This document shows, one piece after another, positions 37,503 through 49,041 of a DNA stretch of 64,000 nt. Made by a program: the position numbers and the translations under genes. Source of the stretch: Eledone cirrhosa (Eukaryota); assembly GCA_964016885.1 (NCBI GenBank), contig OZ024741.1, forward strand, positions 280,426,001-280,490,000. The letters run 5' to 3'. The notes beneath the pieces were generated by a model that did not search any database, had not been told where the DNA came from, and saw only the letters and a list, made by a program, of their open reading frames with translations. Each line of letters starts with the position of its first letter. Position 1 is the first letter of the stretch.

Positions 37503-40374
37503 TCCCCAGCTTCCGGCCACCGCACACCACACCATACCCCCCACCCCCCTGGCCTCAAGGATCAATTTCCCCCTCGTCCTTCTGCATATGAAAGTCTGCT
37601 GCCCAGGTTGGTGGTTTGCGACTTCTTTGCGATCTCCGCAGTGTTGGGGTGGTACTTTGGTTTTCCTCTTCCTTGGAGTCTGTTGACACAGTAATTCTAC
37701 GGATGTCCAGGACGTGGTACTCCGTCCAAGGACACATTGTTCTGGGAATTTACGGCCGTCACCGTTCCCCTTCCCCGTTGAGATGTGCAACGTGCATCTG
37801 GGGGCTTAACCCAGACTTCTTCGCCCACCTGCACAAATGCATTCTCTCTCCCCACTGGCCGTTGTGGTGGCGTGCACGGGTGCCGCCACTCATATCTGAA
37901 TACTGCTCTGTGTGGCACCGATTCCTCAACCTGTACCCACCTGAGGGGACATGTTGTACCAGAACACTGCCTCCATTGGCGAGATGTGGCCCCGCTCCGC
38001 CATTGCTTTGATCGTCCGGTGGTGTCGCTCCACGATTCCATTTCCGCTCGGCCTGTACGCTCCTCTGAAGAAACAGTCCACCTTCCATCCATCAAGCATC
38101 TCCCTCAGTGCCTCCGAGCGGAATGCTGCGCTGTTGTCCATCAGCAGTTCGTCCACAGGGCCCCATTCCAAGAACACCTCTCTCAATGTCCGCATGATTT
38201 CCTCAGCCATTCCAGTCTTCATCTCCCTCCATATCGCCATCCGTCCTGGTCCACAGTCGACCATCGAGAGGTACATTCCCTGTCGGTAGTGCGTTACATC
38301 CACCGCCAATCGCTTCCAGTCGCGATCCACCGGGAGGCTTTCCGTTTCGTGCACACCTGGGGCGGGATCAATGGACTGACATCGGACGCAGCCTCTAACC
38401 ACACTTTGAACACTGTGTCTGTTAACGTCCGAGTTGATTCTCCTGGCTAGGAACAGAGTCCTATCCACTCCCATGTGGTGCATGTCATGCAACCCTTTCA
38501 GATCCGACTCGGTCAGCCGACACACGGCAGCTATCTCCTCTTCTACCTCCTCCGGCACTTCCATCCAGGCTTTCTTCACCCTGGTTAAGACGTCCGCCCT
38601 ATTTTTCTCTGAGGGCACGAAAACTACGCTCAGCCTCAGGTCGAACTCGGTGGCCAGCTCTCCTAAAGTTCCCCAGGCGCTTTATCAGCATCACCGCCAC
38701 CCCTCTCGTTCGCACTCTCTTCTCACTGGAGAGCACTGATTTCACCCATCCGAGTACAGTAGCCAAGTCGGTGCGTATCTCGATGGTTCACAGTCCCCAC
38801 CTCAGGGCGAGGTTCACCCCTCTCAACACCGCGTCGAGCTCGGCCACATTGATGTGGTTGCAGTCGTCCTTCTTCCTAAGCCAGGCTGCATCCTCGACCT
38901 CAACACCTCCTATCTCCAACGTGACACCCAGCGCTATGCTGCTGGCATCGCACCATACGGTCCCGCTCTGCGATTTGGGAATATACCAGCGTCCCCACAC
39001 TGGGTCGTCGGCCTTCACCCTCTCCACGATCTCTTGTATCATGGCCACTGTCCTCTCTCCCACTCTGTCACTCCAAGTCACCCCTCCCGCTCGTCTCTTG
39101 ACATAGCTGCATGCCGTCCGGAGCCACCCAGCAATTGGGTAGTGACCCACCAACTTTCCACACACCGAAAAAAGCGCCCGCCTACTCATACTTGGGCCCA
39201 GTTCTGGAACTTCATTTCCCCTCTGGAATACTAAGACGCCCGTCCTGTCTTGCCGTAGCCCAAGTCCCAGCGTGGATCCTCCCTCGAACACTTCTGACGG
39301 CTTCGCAGCCAGTCCATACCCCTGTAAATGGCTCATGACCTCCGCCGTCGACACTACAGACTCGTCCACTAGGATGTCGTCAATGTAGGAATTAGTGGCC
39401 CTCTTCATCTTGTCGGCCTTTCCCAGAATGGTCTTGAGGACTGCGGCCATGATCTTCGGTGCGGAGCTAAGCCCGAAACCGAGCCTGGTCAGGCAATATG
39501 TCCGGCCCTTGTACCTGACCAGCTGATACTGCCAGAGCTTCTCATCTATATGCAATTGCAAGTATGCCGACTTTAGATCTATGATTGCTGAACCCCCCGT
39601 CATGCGTCTCCACTCACGCAGGGTTTCCCCACAGACATCTGTGACCTCGCCACCCATGTGGCATGACACGTGCTCCGTTCGGCTCCCGAAAGTCCAGTAC
39701 CAGCCTCACCTTGTTCTTCGTGGGTTGCGCCACCGCCATTAACGGCAATAGTCCGCACTTCATCTCCTCTTTCAGGGAAGCAGTATGCCCTCCTCAATCC
39801 ATCTCTCTACCTCTCGCTCGAACTTGCTCCTAATGTCTCCCTTCAATGTGTGTTGATAACAGCCCACTTTGGTCTTCAGTGTTGGTGGTTCTCCCTTCCA
39901 GTACCACTCAACAACCCATCGCTGCCCATCGAACACGGCCGTGTAGTCTTTGTCCTGCACAGTGTAAGCGGGGTATTTCTCCTCGTGGGCCTTCTGGTTC
40001 TCCTGTCGCGTACTCACCGCACATACCGATGCGGCGCTGCCAAACGACACACCGACGTTGTTCACTGTGACGCCTCCTAGACGGCCAATTGCGTCCTTGC
40101 CCATAACCACGCTGATCCCATCCACCACGTTGTCGACTACGATGGCAGAAAGCCTTATTTTCCTTCCCCATACCGCCATCTCCACCTCGCTGCGACCTCG
40201 GCATTCAATTTTCCTACCGTCGACTGCCCTTACGCTGCCCTTACGCTGCTCTTCCCTCTCCACCTCTGCGCCAACCCCGCGGTCACCAGTGTCGGAGTAC
40301 AGCCCCTGTCCACGAGGGCTCGCTGTGGCTTTCCCCTCATGAAGACTTCTACCACGGGCAGCGCCTCTACTCGT

Positions 40375-40418
40375 AAGGGGCAACTACCGGCGCAGTAGTT
40401 CCCCTTGGATCGTTTCCC
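40375..40418 (-). promoter_or_regulatory. gag-pol -1 ribosomal frameshift signal
   Basis: G GGA AAC in the gag frame, a 5-nt spacer, then a 12-bp stem (one bulge) AAGGGGAACTAC/GTAGTTGCCCCTT. The -1 frame leads into the protease motif. Confidence 0.8.
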
Positions 40419-40910
40419 TGGTCGCAGTTAGTAGCGATATGGCCTGGCTGAAATTGAAAATGATAAATTTTCTAAAATGTGCTGAATGTCAGTACTTTAC
40501 ACCATAGCTTTGTTATTCTGCATTTTGTTAACTTGTTCCCTGCAAATATAATTTTGTGGAACATACATTGTGTCAATGCTGTTAATGTTGTCAACATTAT
40601 TTATTTATACTATGTAGTCTTTAACCTAATTCATTCAATCTGAAAATATTGAAGAGATAAGATACTTTCCCATTCTTCTCTGCTAAAATGTATCACTAGA
40701 GCTGACTCCAATTATTCCAGCCATCCATCTAATCTACGAAGGTATTTTAGCCTACATATTGTCGTTAATATTATGATGTTCCCTGCTGTATTAGCGTTAA
40801 ATTTTCCCTGCTGTATTAGCGATAAATTTTCTAGGGTTTCTCTTAGTAGTTTTTTTCATGACGTTATTATTGTTAATTTTACTGATGTAGTATTAACTTG
40901 GATATTTACC

Positions 40911-43900
40911 ATGCGACCCTCAGTTCCTACCTCACAATTTCCCTCCCCCCCACCCCCACACACCACCATAGTCTATTCGACCAATCAAACCTAGCATGCC
41001 ATTTCCACTGCTGCTGCTACTACCTGCCTAACTAACTCTCTCCTCCTCTGGCGCATCCCAACACACCCTGCCATTACCCCACCACCACTGTTCTTCTAGC
41101 CCTCAATTTTCCCACCGTTATGGATGGATGAGCTGGGAATACACGAGCAACTCTGAATCAATAGATGAAATATGAATCTGCGAGCTACCAAGCACCCACG
41201 TGAAGCGCCAACCCAGAGACCCTCCCCTACGAGTGTCGACAAATGCCCAAAACTCCGAGTTGGTACCATCAATGTAGGCTCAATGAAAGGAAGAGCAGGA
41301 GAAATCGTAGAAATGCTAGAGCGAAAGGAAGTTGATGTATGCTGTGTGCAAGAGACTAGATGGAGAGGAGGGTCTGCTAGAGTCCTTGTAGGAAAAAGCC
41401 AGTGCTACAAATTTTTCTGGGTGGGAAATGACAATGGGATGGGTGGTGTAGGTATACTATTAGCTGACAAGTGGGTAGATAAAGTAATCTCAGTGTACAG
41501 GGTAAATGCAAGAATCATTAAACTTAGACTAGTCCTGAATAAGACAATTACCACAATAATATCAGCTTACGCACCCCAATCGGGGCTGCCAGACGAACTT
41601 AAGGATAGGTTTTACGAGTCCCTAATACACACTACTGCTCTAACAGACGACAAGGACTTCCTAATCATTGCAGGAGATTTTAACGGACACGTAGGTAAAC
41701 ACTGCGACGGCTTCAATAGAGTACATGGAGGCCATGGAGTTGGCACAAGGAATGAGGAAGGATTCAGACTTCTAGAATTCTGCGACGCCAATGACATGTC
41801 GATATGTAACACAAACTTTAAAAAACCCGACAACCACCTGATCACCTATAGATCAGGGGAGCACTCTAGTCAGTTAGATTTTATCCTCATCAGAGGACGT
41901 GACAGATGGACGGTCGTAAACACAAAAGCCTTCCCTAGTGAGGAATGTACATCCCAACATAGCTTAGTTGTCAGCGACCTCACGGTCAGAACTAGACGAG
42001 CCCTGAAACAGAGGCCAACCTGGAGAAGAAAGATCTGGAAGCTGAAAGTCCCCTCAACCAGTAACAGATTTAAAGATATTTTACTCAACGCCTACGACAG
42101 TAAAGAAGAACAGATAGAGACATTTAACGTAGAAGAGAACTGGGAGTTCCTAAAAAATAAGTTACTAGAGGCGACGGATGAGGTTTGTGGCTGGAGTAAG
42201 ACCTCAAGCAGGAGGAGAGTGACTTGGTGGTGGAACAATAAGGTAGATGAAGCAGTCAAGGCCAAGAGACAGGCATGGAAAGAATGGAAGAATGGGGGGA
42301 GCAGGGTACATTACATAGAGACCAAGAGGGAAGCTAGGCGACAAGTATACTTAGCTAGGAGGGAAGCAGAGGATAGAAAATTCAAGCATGTTTTACAACG
42401 TGAGGACCAGAAACAGGAGGTATTCAAGATTGCGAGGCAGTGTGTCAGAGATAGTTGTGATGTCATTGGAGAGAAGTGTATCCGGAATGATAAAGGTGAG
42501 CTTGCCCTCACAAGTGCTGAGAAGAAAGATGCATGGAAGAGTCATTATGATAGATTACTAAATGAGGAGAATGCATGGGAAGAAGAGACCCTACCCCACG
42601 TAGACCCTATAGAGGGACCAGCAGTACAAGTCAGCGGCAGCGTAGTAAGTAAGGCAATCAGAGATATGAAGATAGGGAAGGCAACCGGTCCATCGGGTAT
42701 AGCTGCCGAGATGCTGAAGGCATCTGGGTCTGTAGGTCACACTATAACCACACGTATCGTTAACCAGGTAATACTAGAGGGGGCCATACCAAAAGATTGG
42801 TGCAGTAGCATCATTGTCAACTGCTACAAAGGTAAAGGCGATGCACTAGATAGAGGAAACTATAGAGGTATAAAGTTGATGGACCAGGTCATGAAAGTAA
42901 CAGAAAGAGTTATAGCACAGCTGATTAGGGACCGGGTGAATATAGACGAGATGCAATTTGGGTTTGTACCAGGGAAAGGCACCACTGATGCCCTCTTCCT
43001 TGTGAGGCAATTACAGGAAAAGTACCTAGCTAAAAGTAAGCCACTCTACTTGGCATTTGTCGACCTTGAGAAAGCCTTTGACAGAGTTCCACGTGCAGTA
43101 ATCTGGTGGGCTCTTAGAAAACTAGGAGTAGATGAATGGCTTGTGAAAGCGGTACAAGCCATGTATAGGGGAGCAGTCAGCAAAGTTAGGATTGGCAATG
43201 AGTATAGCGAGGAATTTAGCGTACAGGTTGGGGTCCACCAGGGCTCTGTTCTTAGCCCTCTCCTGTTCATCATAGTCCTGCAGGCAATAACGGAGGAGTT
43301 TAAGACCGGATGCCCATGGGAACTCCTGTATGCTGATGACCTCGCACTCATAGCTGAATCTATGGTAGAACTAGAGAATAAATTCCAAACCTGGAAGCAG
43401 GGACTAGAGAGAAAGGGCCTCAAAGTCAACATGACAAAGACTAAGGTCCTTGTAAGTAGACGAGAAAACAGAACCCAGATCCCCTCAGGGAAATGGCCTT
43501 GCTCAGTATGTAGGAAAGGTGTAGGTAGAAACTCCATTCTCTGCCCCAAATGCAAACAATGGGTACACAAGAGATGTAGCGGGATCTCAGGAAGCTTAAT
43601 TAAGAATGTAGGATTCACATGCAGCAGCTGTGCTGAAACAGCAAGCAAACAGCCACAGGAAACAAGTACCACCAATCTCTGGGAGGGCCCTGTAGAAACA
43701 GTAGACAGCTTCTGCTACCTAGGTGACCGAATTAGCAACGGAGGTGGGTGCTCAGAAAGTACAATAACTAGGGTAAGAACGGGATGGAAGAAGTTTAGGG
43801 AACTACTACCACTGCTAGCTGCAAAAGGCTTCTCCCTCAGAATGAAAGGCAGACTGTATGATGCGTGTATCCGAACAGCGATGTTGCATGGTAGTGAGAC

Positions 43901-44593
43901 CTGGGCGCTGAAGGTGGAAGACTTACGTAGATTAGAGAGAAACGAAGCCTGCATGCTCCGATGGATGTGTAACAGTAATATACGTGAACGACAAAGCATA
44001 AAGGAATTGAGAGAGAGACTGAGCATAAGAGGAATCAAATGCTGCGTGCAGGAGAGGCGGTTACGCTGGTATGGACATGTGATGTGTATGAAGGATGACA
44101 GCTGCATAAAAAGGTGCAGAGCACTAGAAGTTGATGGAAACCGCGGAGTGGGGAGACCCAAGATGACTTGGGATGAGGTGATAAAAGCCGACCTTACCCA
44201 ACTACACCTCTCAAAGTCAATGACACACGACCGTGACTTCTGGCGTCACGCAGTAATACAGGGTACCCGACCTCCCATGGGTACATGCTGAAGCATATAA
44301 ACAATATGCCCCCCCCCCCCCTCCACCGCAAGGTGGCCGTGGAGGTGCCACGGCAAAAAAGCACCCAGCCCACACTGTAAAGTGGACGTGTAGGCGCCAC
44401 GAAAAAGCACCCAGCACTCACTGTAAATGAGGTTGGTGTTAGGAAGGGCATCCAGCTGTAGAAATCAAGCCAGATCAGTTCCTGTATGAGCAAGGCATGG
44501 TCAGCCGACCAGACACTGCCCACAACAGGACAACCCGTCTAACCCATGCTAGCGTGGAAGAACGGACGTAAAACGGTGATGATGATGATGATG
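40911..44593 (+). mobile_element. Near full-length RTE LINE with (GAT)n tail
   Basis: Intact ORF, C-rich putative 5' UTR, and a ~290-bp 3' UTR ending in (GAT)n at about 44578-44593. The 5' boundary is approximate and no TSD was identified. Confidence 0.88.
41172..44291 (+). CDS. RTE-clade LINE ORF: APE endonuclease + reverse transcriptase with internal C4HC3 (PHD-type) finger
   Basis: Uninterrupted 1039-aa ORF. APE motifs: TINVGS, VQETR, SAYAP, AGDFNGH, QLDFIL. RT motifs: NYRGIKL, QFGF, DLEKAFD, VHQGSVLSP, YADD, YLG. C-terminal RLRWYGHV and GRPK..W. Confidence 0.95.
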   Translation: MNLRATKHPREAPTQRPSPTSVDKCPKLRVGTINVGSMKGRAGEIVEMLERKEVDVCCVQETRWRGGSARVLVGKSQCYKFFWVGNDNGMGGVGILLADKWVDKVISVYRVNARIIKLRLVLNKTITTIISAYAPQSGLPDELKDRFYESLIHTTALTDDKDFLIIAGDFNGHVGKHCDGFNRVHGGHGVGTRNEEGFRLLEFCDANDMSICNTNFKKPDNHLITYRSGEHSSQLDFILIRGRDRWTVVNTKAFPSEECTSQHSLVVSDLTVRTRRALKQRPTWRRKIWKLKVPSTSNRFKDILLNAYDSKEEQIETFNVEENWEFLKNKLLEATDEVCGWSKTSSRRRVTWWWNNKVDEAVKAKRQAWKEWKNGGSRVHYIETKREARRQVYLARREAEDRKFKHVLQREDQKQEVFKIARQCVRDSCDVIGEKCIRNDKGELALTSAEKKDAWKSHYDRLLNEENAWEEETLPHVDPIEGPAVQVSGSVVSKAIRDMKIGKATGPSGIAAEMLKASGSVGHTITTRIVNQVILEGAIPKDWCSSIIVNCYKGKGDALDRGNYRGIKLMDQVMKVTERVIAQLIRDRVNIDEMQFGFVPGKGTTDALFLVRQLQEKYLAKSKPLYLAFVDLEKAFDRVPRAVIWWALRKLGVDEWLVKAVQAMYRGAVSKVRIGNEYSEEFSVQVGVHQGSVLSPLLFIIVLQAITEEFKTGCPWELLYADDLALIAESMVELENKFQTWKQGLERKGLKVNMTKTKVLVSRRENRTQIPSGKWPCSVCRKGVGRNSILCPKCKQWVHKRCSGISGSLIKNVGFTCSSCAETASKQPQETSTTNLWEGPVETVDSFCYLGDRISNGGGCSESTITRVRTGWKKFRELLPLLAAKGFSLRMKGRLYDACIRTAMLHGSETWALKVEDLRRLERNEACMLRWMCNSNIRERQSIKELRERLSIRGIKCCVQERRLRWYGHVMCMKDDSCIKRCRALEVDGNRGVGRPKMTWDEVIKADLTQLHLSKSMTHDRDFWRHAVIQGTRPPMGTC

Positions 44594-45965
44594 AGTCATT
44601 CACACTCACACCTTTTCATCAGTTTCTGTCTAGATACCCCCCCCCCCTTCCAAAAACTGTGTTCCATTGTTCCCAGTGTCTATTATATATATATATAGAC
44701 CTGTAACTCCTGAGGTAGTTGTAGGGTTGCCATATTGATATAGGGAATTTCTAGGGCATTTTTAAACCTAGCAGAGCACATCTTCTCTCCAGGTCTGAGT
44801 ATGTATATATATGCCAAAAATGTTGTATTTAGCCAGATATCGATCATGACAAAAAACACACAGTCCACGCTGTAATGTGGCCGTGTAGGTAACACGGTAA
44901 AAACCTCCCAGTCCACACTGTAAACGTGGTTGGTGTTAGGAAGGGCATCCAGCCGTAGAAAACCCGCCAGACAGTCCTATACGAGCAAGTCAACCAATCT
45001 TGCCTCAAGTGGGAAAATTCCTGTCCAAACCCATGCAAGCGTGGAAGATGGACGTTAAATGATGATGATGATGATCTGATGTCAACATCTCTGTGTAGTG
45101 ACATTGTTTATAAAACATTGTGATATCTGTTGATTTCTAATTTAGGCACAATGCCAAGATATTTGGGGGAAGGGCAAAGTTGATCAGATGAGCCCCAGTT
45201 CTTGATTGGTACTTCATTTTATTGACCCCTGAAAGCATAAAAGGCAAATTTAATATGGTGCCCATATTAACATGGTTTCTCATGAAACCATGTTAATAGG
45301 TGCCCTTCCTAATGCCAACCATTTTTCAGTGTGCTGAGTGTGTTTTTCATGATACTAGCATAGGTGTCTTTTTCATTGTCAACACTAACACTTTATAGAG
45401 TGGACTGGATATATTTTGCTACACAAGATCAAATACCATCATTAAGTTGCACTAATTATTAATTTCTAGCAAAATGTATTGGTTATGACTTTCAATTAAT
45501 TCTGAAAATAAACAAGAATTTGAAGAAACTTGGTAATATATAACAAACTTTTCATTATTAAGCATATAGTTACATCCCTTTACAATCTGGGTTCAAATCC
45601 TGCCAAGGTTAGCTTTACTTTTCATCCTTAAAGGGTCAATAAAAAAGAGCACCTGTAATGCACTGGGGTAATTTTAATCGACTTTCTCCTCCCACAATAT
45701 TGTTGGCCTTGTACCTGAATTAGAAACCATTATTAAGCTGGTGTTTGGAACATAACTTAATAAAGGTTCTTACATAAAATTATGAGGAAAGAATTTTAGA
45801 TAAATATAAGCACTTTAAAATAAACAGCTCAGTTTAATAGAACCAGGAATGGTTTTATGTCAAAATGTTTAATCATAGCCATTCCAAAACCTCTGATCTG
45901 AATTTGTAAATCAGTTATCCCAATTATCCACTCATAAATCAGTCTTGGTTCCTTGTGTATTTCAG

Positions 45966-46085
45966 TCTGCAGATTTCATTGTTGTACAGCGAGAAGTTGA
46001 AAAACAGAAAGATGCCTTGTCAGCTTGTGAGGGACGTTTAAAGTGGACTCAGAATAAATTTGCTCTTGAAGTAGATGCTCACAAG
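45966..46085 (+). CDS. CCDC186: CCDC186-like coding exon 5 (SADFIVVQREVEKQK...LKWTQNKFALEVDAHK)
   Basis: ttcAG acceptor, GTAATG donor, 120 nt. KWTQNK...E.D.HK matches the CCDC186 'KWAQNKLKAEMDSHK' segment. Confidence 0.92.
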
Positions 46086-46107
46086 GTAATGTACTTCTCT
46101 TCAGTTA

Positions 46108-46732
46108 CCATATATACTTGAATATAAGCCGACCTCTATTTTATGTCAGAGAAATGGGCAAAAATACAAACCTTGTTTAGAAGTTGAGGCAGCTAATCAA
46201 CACATTATGGTGTGGTTTTGAATAGGGAATAGTTGAAAGAGATCAACTAAGAGAACACTGTTTAAAGATTCAGAGTAGAAGGGGGAGGAAGAGACAGCAA
46301 ATGAGAGATAGGAGAGGATGAGAGTGAGAGAAGGGAGAAAGAGAGAGTGAAATAAAACAAAACAAGATGGAAAGAAAAAGTATAATTAAATTACAGAGAA
46401 AAGTAGTCTGTGCATGTATGCGTGTGTATGTATATGTGCACACTTATGCGTGCATGTGTAGGGAATATTTATGTATTAAAAAGTTCAAATAATAAACATT
46501 TGTTGGGAATGTTCTGAAGACAATGCATATATAAAACTCATGATGATGTAGTAAATGTAGAAAAACAGTGTTTCATTGTGAAATAATCACTCTAGATATT
46601 TTAGCACCTTATTTACATAGAATTTGAAGTTGGTAAAAATCGTCAAAATATTGACCCCTGAATATCAGCTGACACCAATTTTACCAACTTTTTTTGTCAC
46701 ATATTCCTCGGCGTATATTCGAATATATACGG
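46108..46732. mobile_element. Non-autonomous TcMar/pogo-like DNA transposon
   Basis: TA on both sides; ~25-bp imperfect TIRs CCATATATACTTGAATATAAGCCGA / TCGGCGTATATTCGAATATATACGG. Confidence 0.78.
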
Positions 46733-47682
46733 TAATTCTTTCCTTCTTTTTTTTTTTCTTGACTGTTTTACTTTTTGTTCTTTCTTAATTTCATTTCACA
46801 CCAGACTAATAGATATACAAATTGAGTATCAAATCTTGAGTTGGTGAGTTTTTCTCACAGCTTGCTGTATATACTAAAATTAATTCAAAAATATTTTACT
46901 AAATCCCTCCAAATTATTGACTATTTTCAAAATCATAGGCAGTGTCTTCCATTAGATATATGGTAATGAACGGGTTAAATTCAGTAATACAGCACTTTAA
47001 CAACACATCCACCTCTACATAGTTGAATATATTGTTTTTTTTTTATTTGGATAAATTTTAAAAGAACTGATTTCCTGTCCTACTCCACTTATGTGTTAAT
47101 GTCTTTGTAAAGGGATTGAACATCACAACATCCCATTTGTCTCATGTACAATGTCTATGCAAAAACCATTAATATTTAATTCCTTGTTTGCTTTTTAAAA
47201 CGGTTAAGGAAAAATATAACTGCCTTCATCTTCCTTTCTTATGCCCAATTACTACTTATGGGGGTGCCGAGTTCTCAGATATGCCTTCCAGAGGGTTCTA
47301 TCAGAAGCAACCATCACCTAATGATCTGGATGGGATCCCCATGTGAGACCAGCTAAGGTTATGAAGTGTATAGATGTTATATAATCATTTTGCTTTTAGT
47401 CTACCTCTGGGTCTCTGGAGAGACTACCTGATCTCTGAGCTATGCGCTCTATCAGGTTATATTACTTCAGAGAGCCTATTTCAGCTCTTGTATTTACGAT
47501 AGTATTCTTTTGGTCATTACCCAAGATTCATAGTTTTCAAGCTGAATCAGCTTTGTGTCCCTAAATGTATTTGAGAAAGACTTGGATGTTAATATTTTGC
47601 AAGCTTTATATTTCTGAAGAGTTATGAAAGCTACAACTGATCAACCCTTTCCTGACCATATTTCTAATGAAATTCACTACTT

Positions 47683-48232
47683 ATAATAATAATAATAATG
47701 AAATTATTGTGTACAGTGCTCAGGTGCACTACAACTCATCAAAGGTGCATGTATGGATATGGAGGGGGGACATCAGGTGTAGTGTTAGCGAATCTCAGGG
47801 AGCATGGAGGTTTTAAAGGATGCAGTGCCTCGACAGCTAATAACTGATGCAGGTAGTTTGTTCCATGCTTCAGCAACTCTGAGTATGAAAAAATGTTTCC
47901 GAAAGTCATGGGAGCTGTGCTGTTTTTTGACTTTGTAGGCATGCCCGCGTGTGTTAGACACATTGAAATCAAAAAGGTGCTCAGGGTTGTTGTTGGCAAG
48001 ATGGTTAATAATTTTGTGAGTGTTTACCAAGTCAGTTGCCAGATGTTGGAGCTTCAATGTATCCATGCCCAGGGAAGCAAGGCATTCAAAGTATGGTAGA
48101 TGCCTGATAGAGGGTATTTGCTTGGTTGCACGTCTCTGAACAGTTTCCAGGCAGTCAATGTTCTGAGCAAGATAGGGGTTCCAGACTGGTGATGCAAATT
48201 CTAAGTGTGGCCACACCATAGCTATATAGTTT
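47683..48232 (-). mobile_element. 3' fragment of the same CR1-type LINE family
   Basis: ORF MVWPHLEFASPVWNPY...; similar to 9240-9849; (ATT)n tail. Confidence 0.88.
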
Positions 48233-48638
48233 TATATAATTCTGAAAATCATTAAGAATTTGGAGTTATTTAGTGATATAACAAATTTTCTCATTATTAA
48301 GTTGATGTTTGGTACATAACTTAAAGGTTCTTACATAAAATTATGATAAAAGTTTTTTTTAGATAAATAACACTGCTATCATAGAACTAGGGGCAGCTTT
48401 AGGAGGTTTAGTATCGAAAGGATTAAGAGTCAATGGTTTGTGTCCTGTTTCCATTAGTATAGTATGTCTCAACAAAATACTTTTTTAATCCTTTCATTTC
48501 TGTATTTTTAATAAAATACTGTTTCAATTAATTTTGAAAATCACCAAAATTTTGGAAGGATTTAATAAAATAACTAAACTTTTCATTAGTAAGCTGATAT
48601 TTAGAACATTACTGAACAGAAATGGTAAAAGGCTTTAA

Positions 48639-48859
48639 CCCTTTAGCATTTAAACTGGCTATATCCGGCCAGAATTCTCTCACCTCTTTCTGTTCAAACC
48701 GGTTGTAACTGACCACTCGTACTGAAGTTAAGGTATTGTTCTCAAAATAAATTATATCAAAATCTCATAGATTCGATATTATATGAGATAATTATGTGAG
48801 ATAAAGCCTTTACCACAAAAATACAATAGTAAATATAGAATAATGTAAATGCTAAAGGG
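48639..48859. mobile_element. piggyBac-type MITE, complete copy
   Basis: TTAA on both sides; 14-bp TIR CCCTTTAGCATTTA...TAAATGCTAAAGGG; 221 bp. Confidence 0.9.
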
Positions 48860-49041
48860 TTAATATAAGGGTAAATAGTGTTAAGTGAGCAGTTTTGTAT
48901 AAATTCCTGACAGTTTCAGGCAGTATGGTATCAACAGGATTAACATCTAGCTATAAATAAATATTGTGTCAGTTTGCTGAGTTATATGAACTGTTAAAAA
49001 TAACAAATATATTTATCTATTTTGTTTGTTTATCTCCCCAG

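Larger units (their letters stand above)
37348..40450 (-). mobile_element. 5'-truncated, decayed Ty3/Gypsy LTR retrotransposon (gag knuckle end-PR-RT-RH-INT-PPT-LTR)
   Basis: GHIATNC knuckle end, protease ALVD(R)GC, RT YIDD, RNase H CDAS, integrase HHCC and DDE (LAVDVT, LMDNS, GIVERHH) across frameshifted ORFs. PPT at 37532-37550. Putative LTR 37348-37531 bounded by TGTGG...CCACA. Confidence 0.9.

Noticed and set aside
37555-40342. Plus-strand and alternative-frame ORFs over the Gypsy element (and antisense ORFs over the RTE)
   Set aside because: Shadow ORFs of GC-richer retroelement coding sequence.
40850-40915. Target-site duplication for the intact RTE
   Set aside because: No match to the sequence following the (GAT)n tail could be found by eye.
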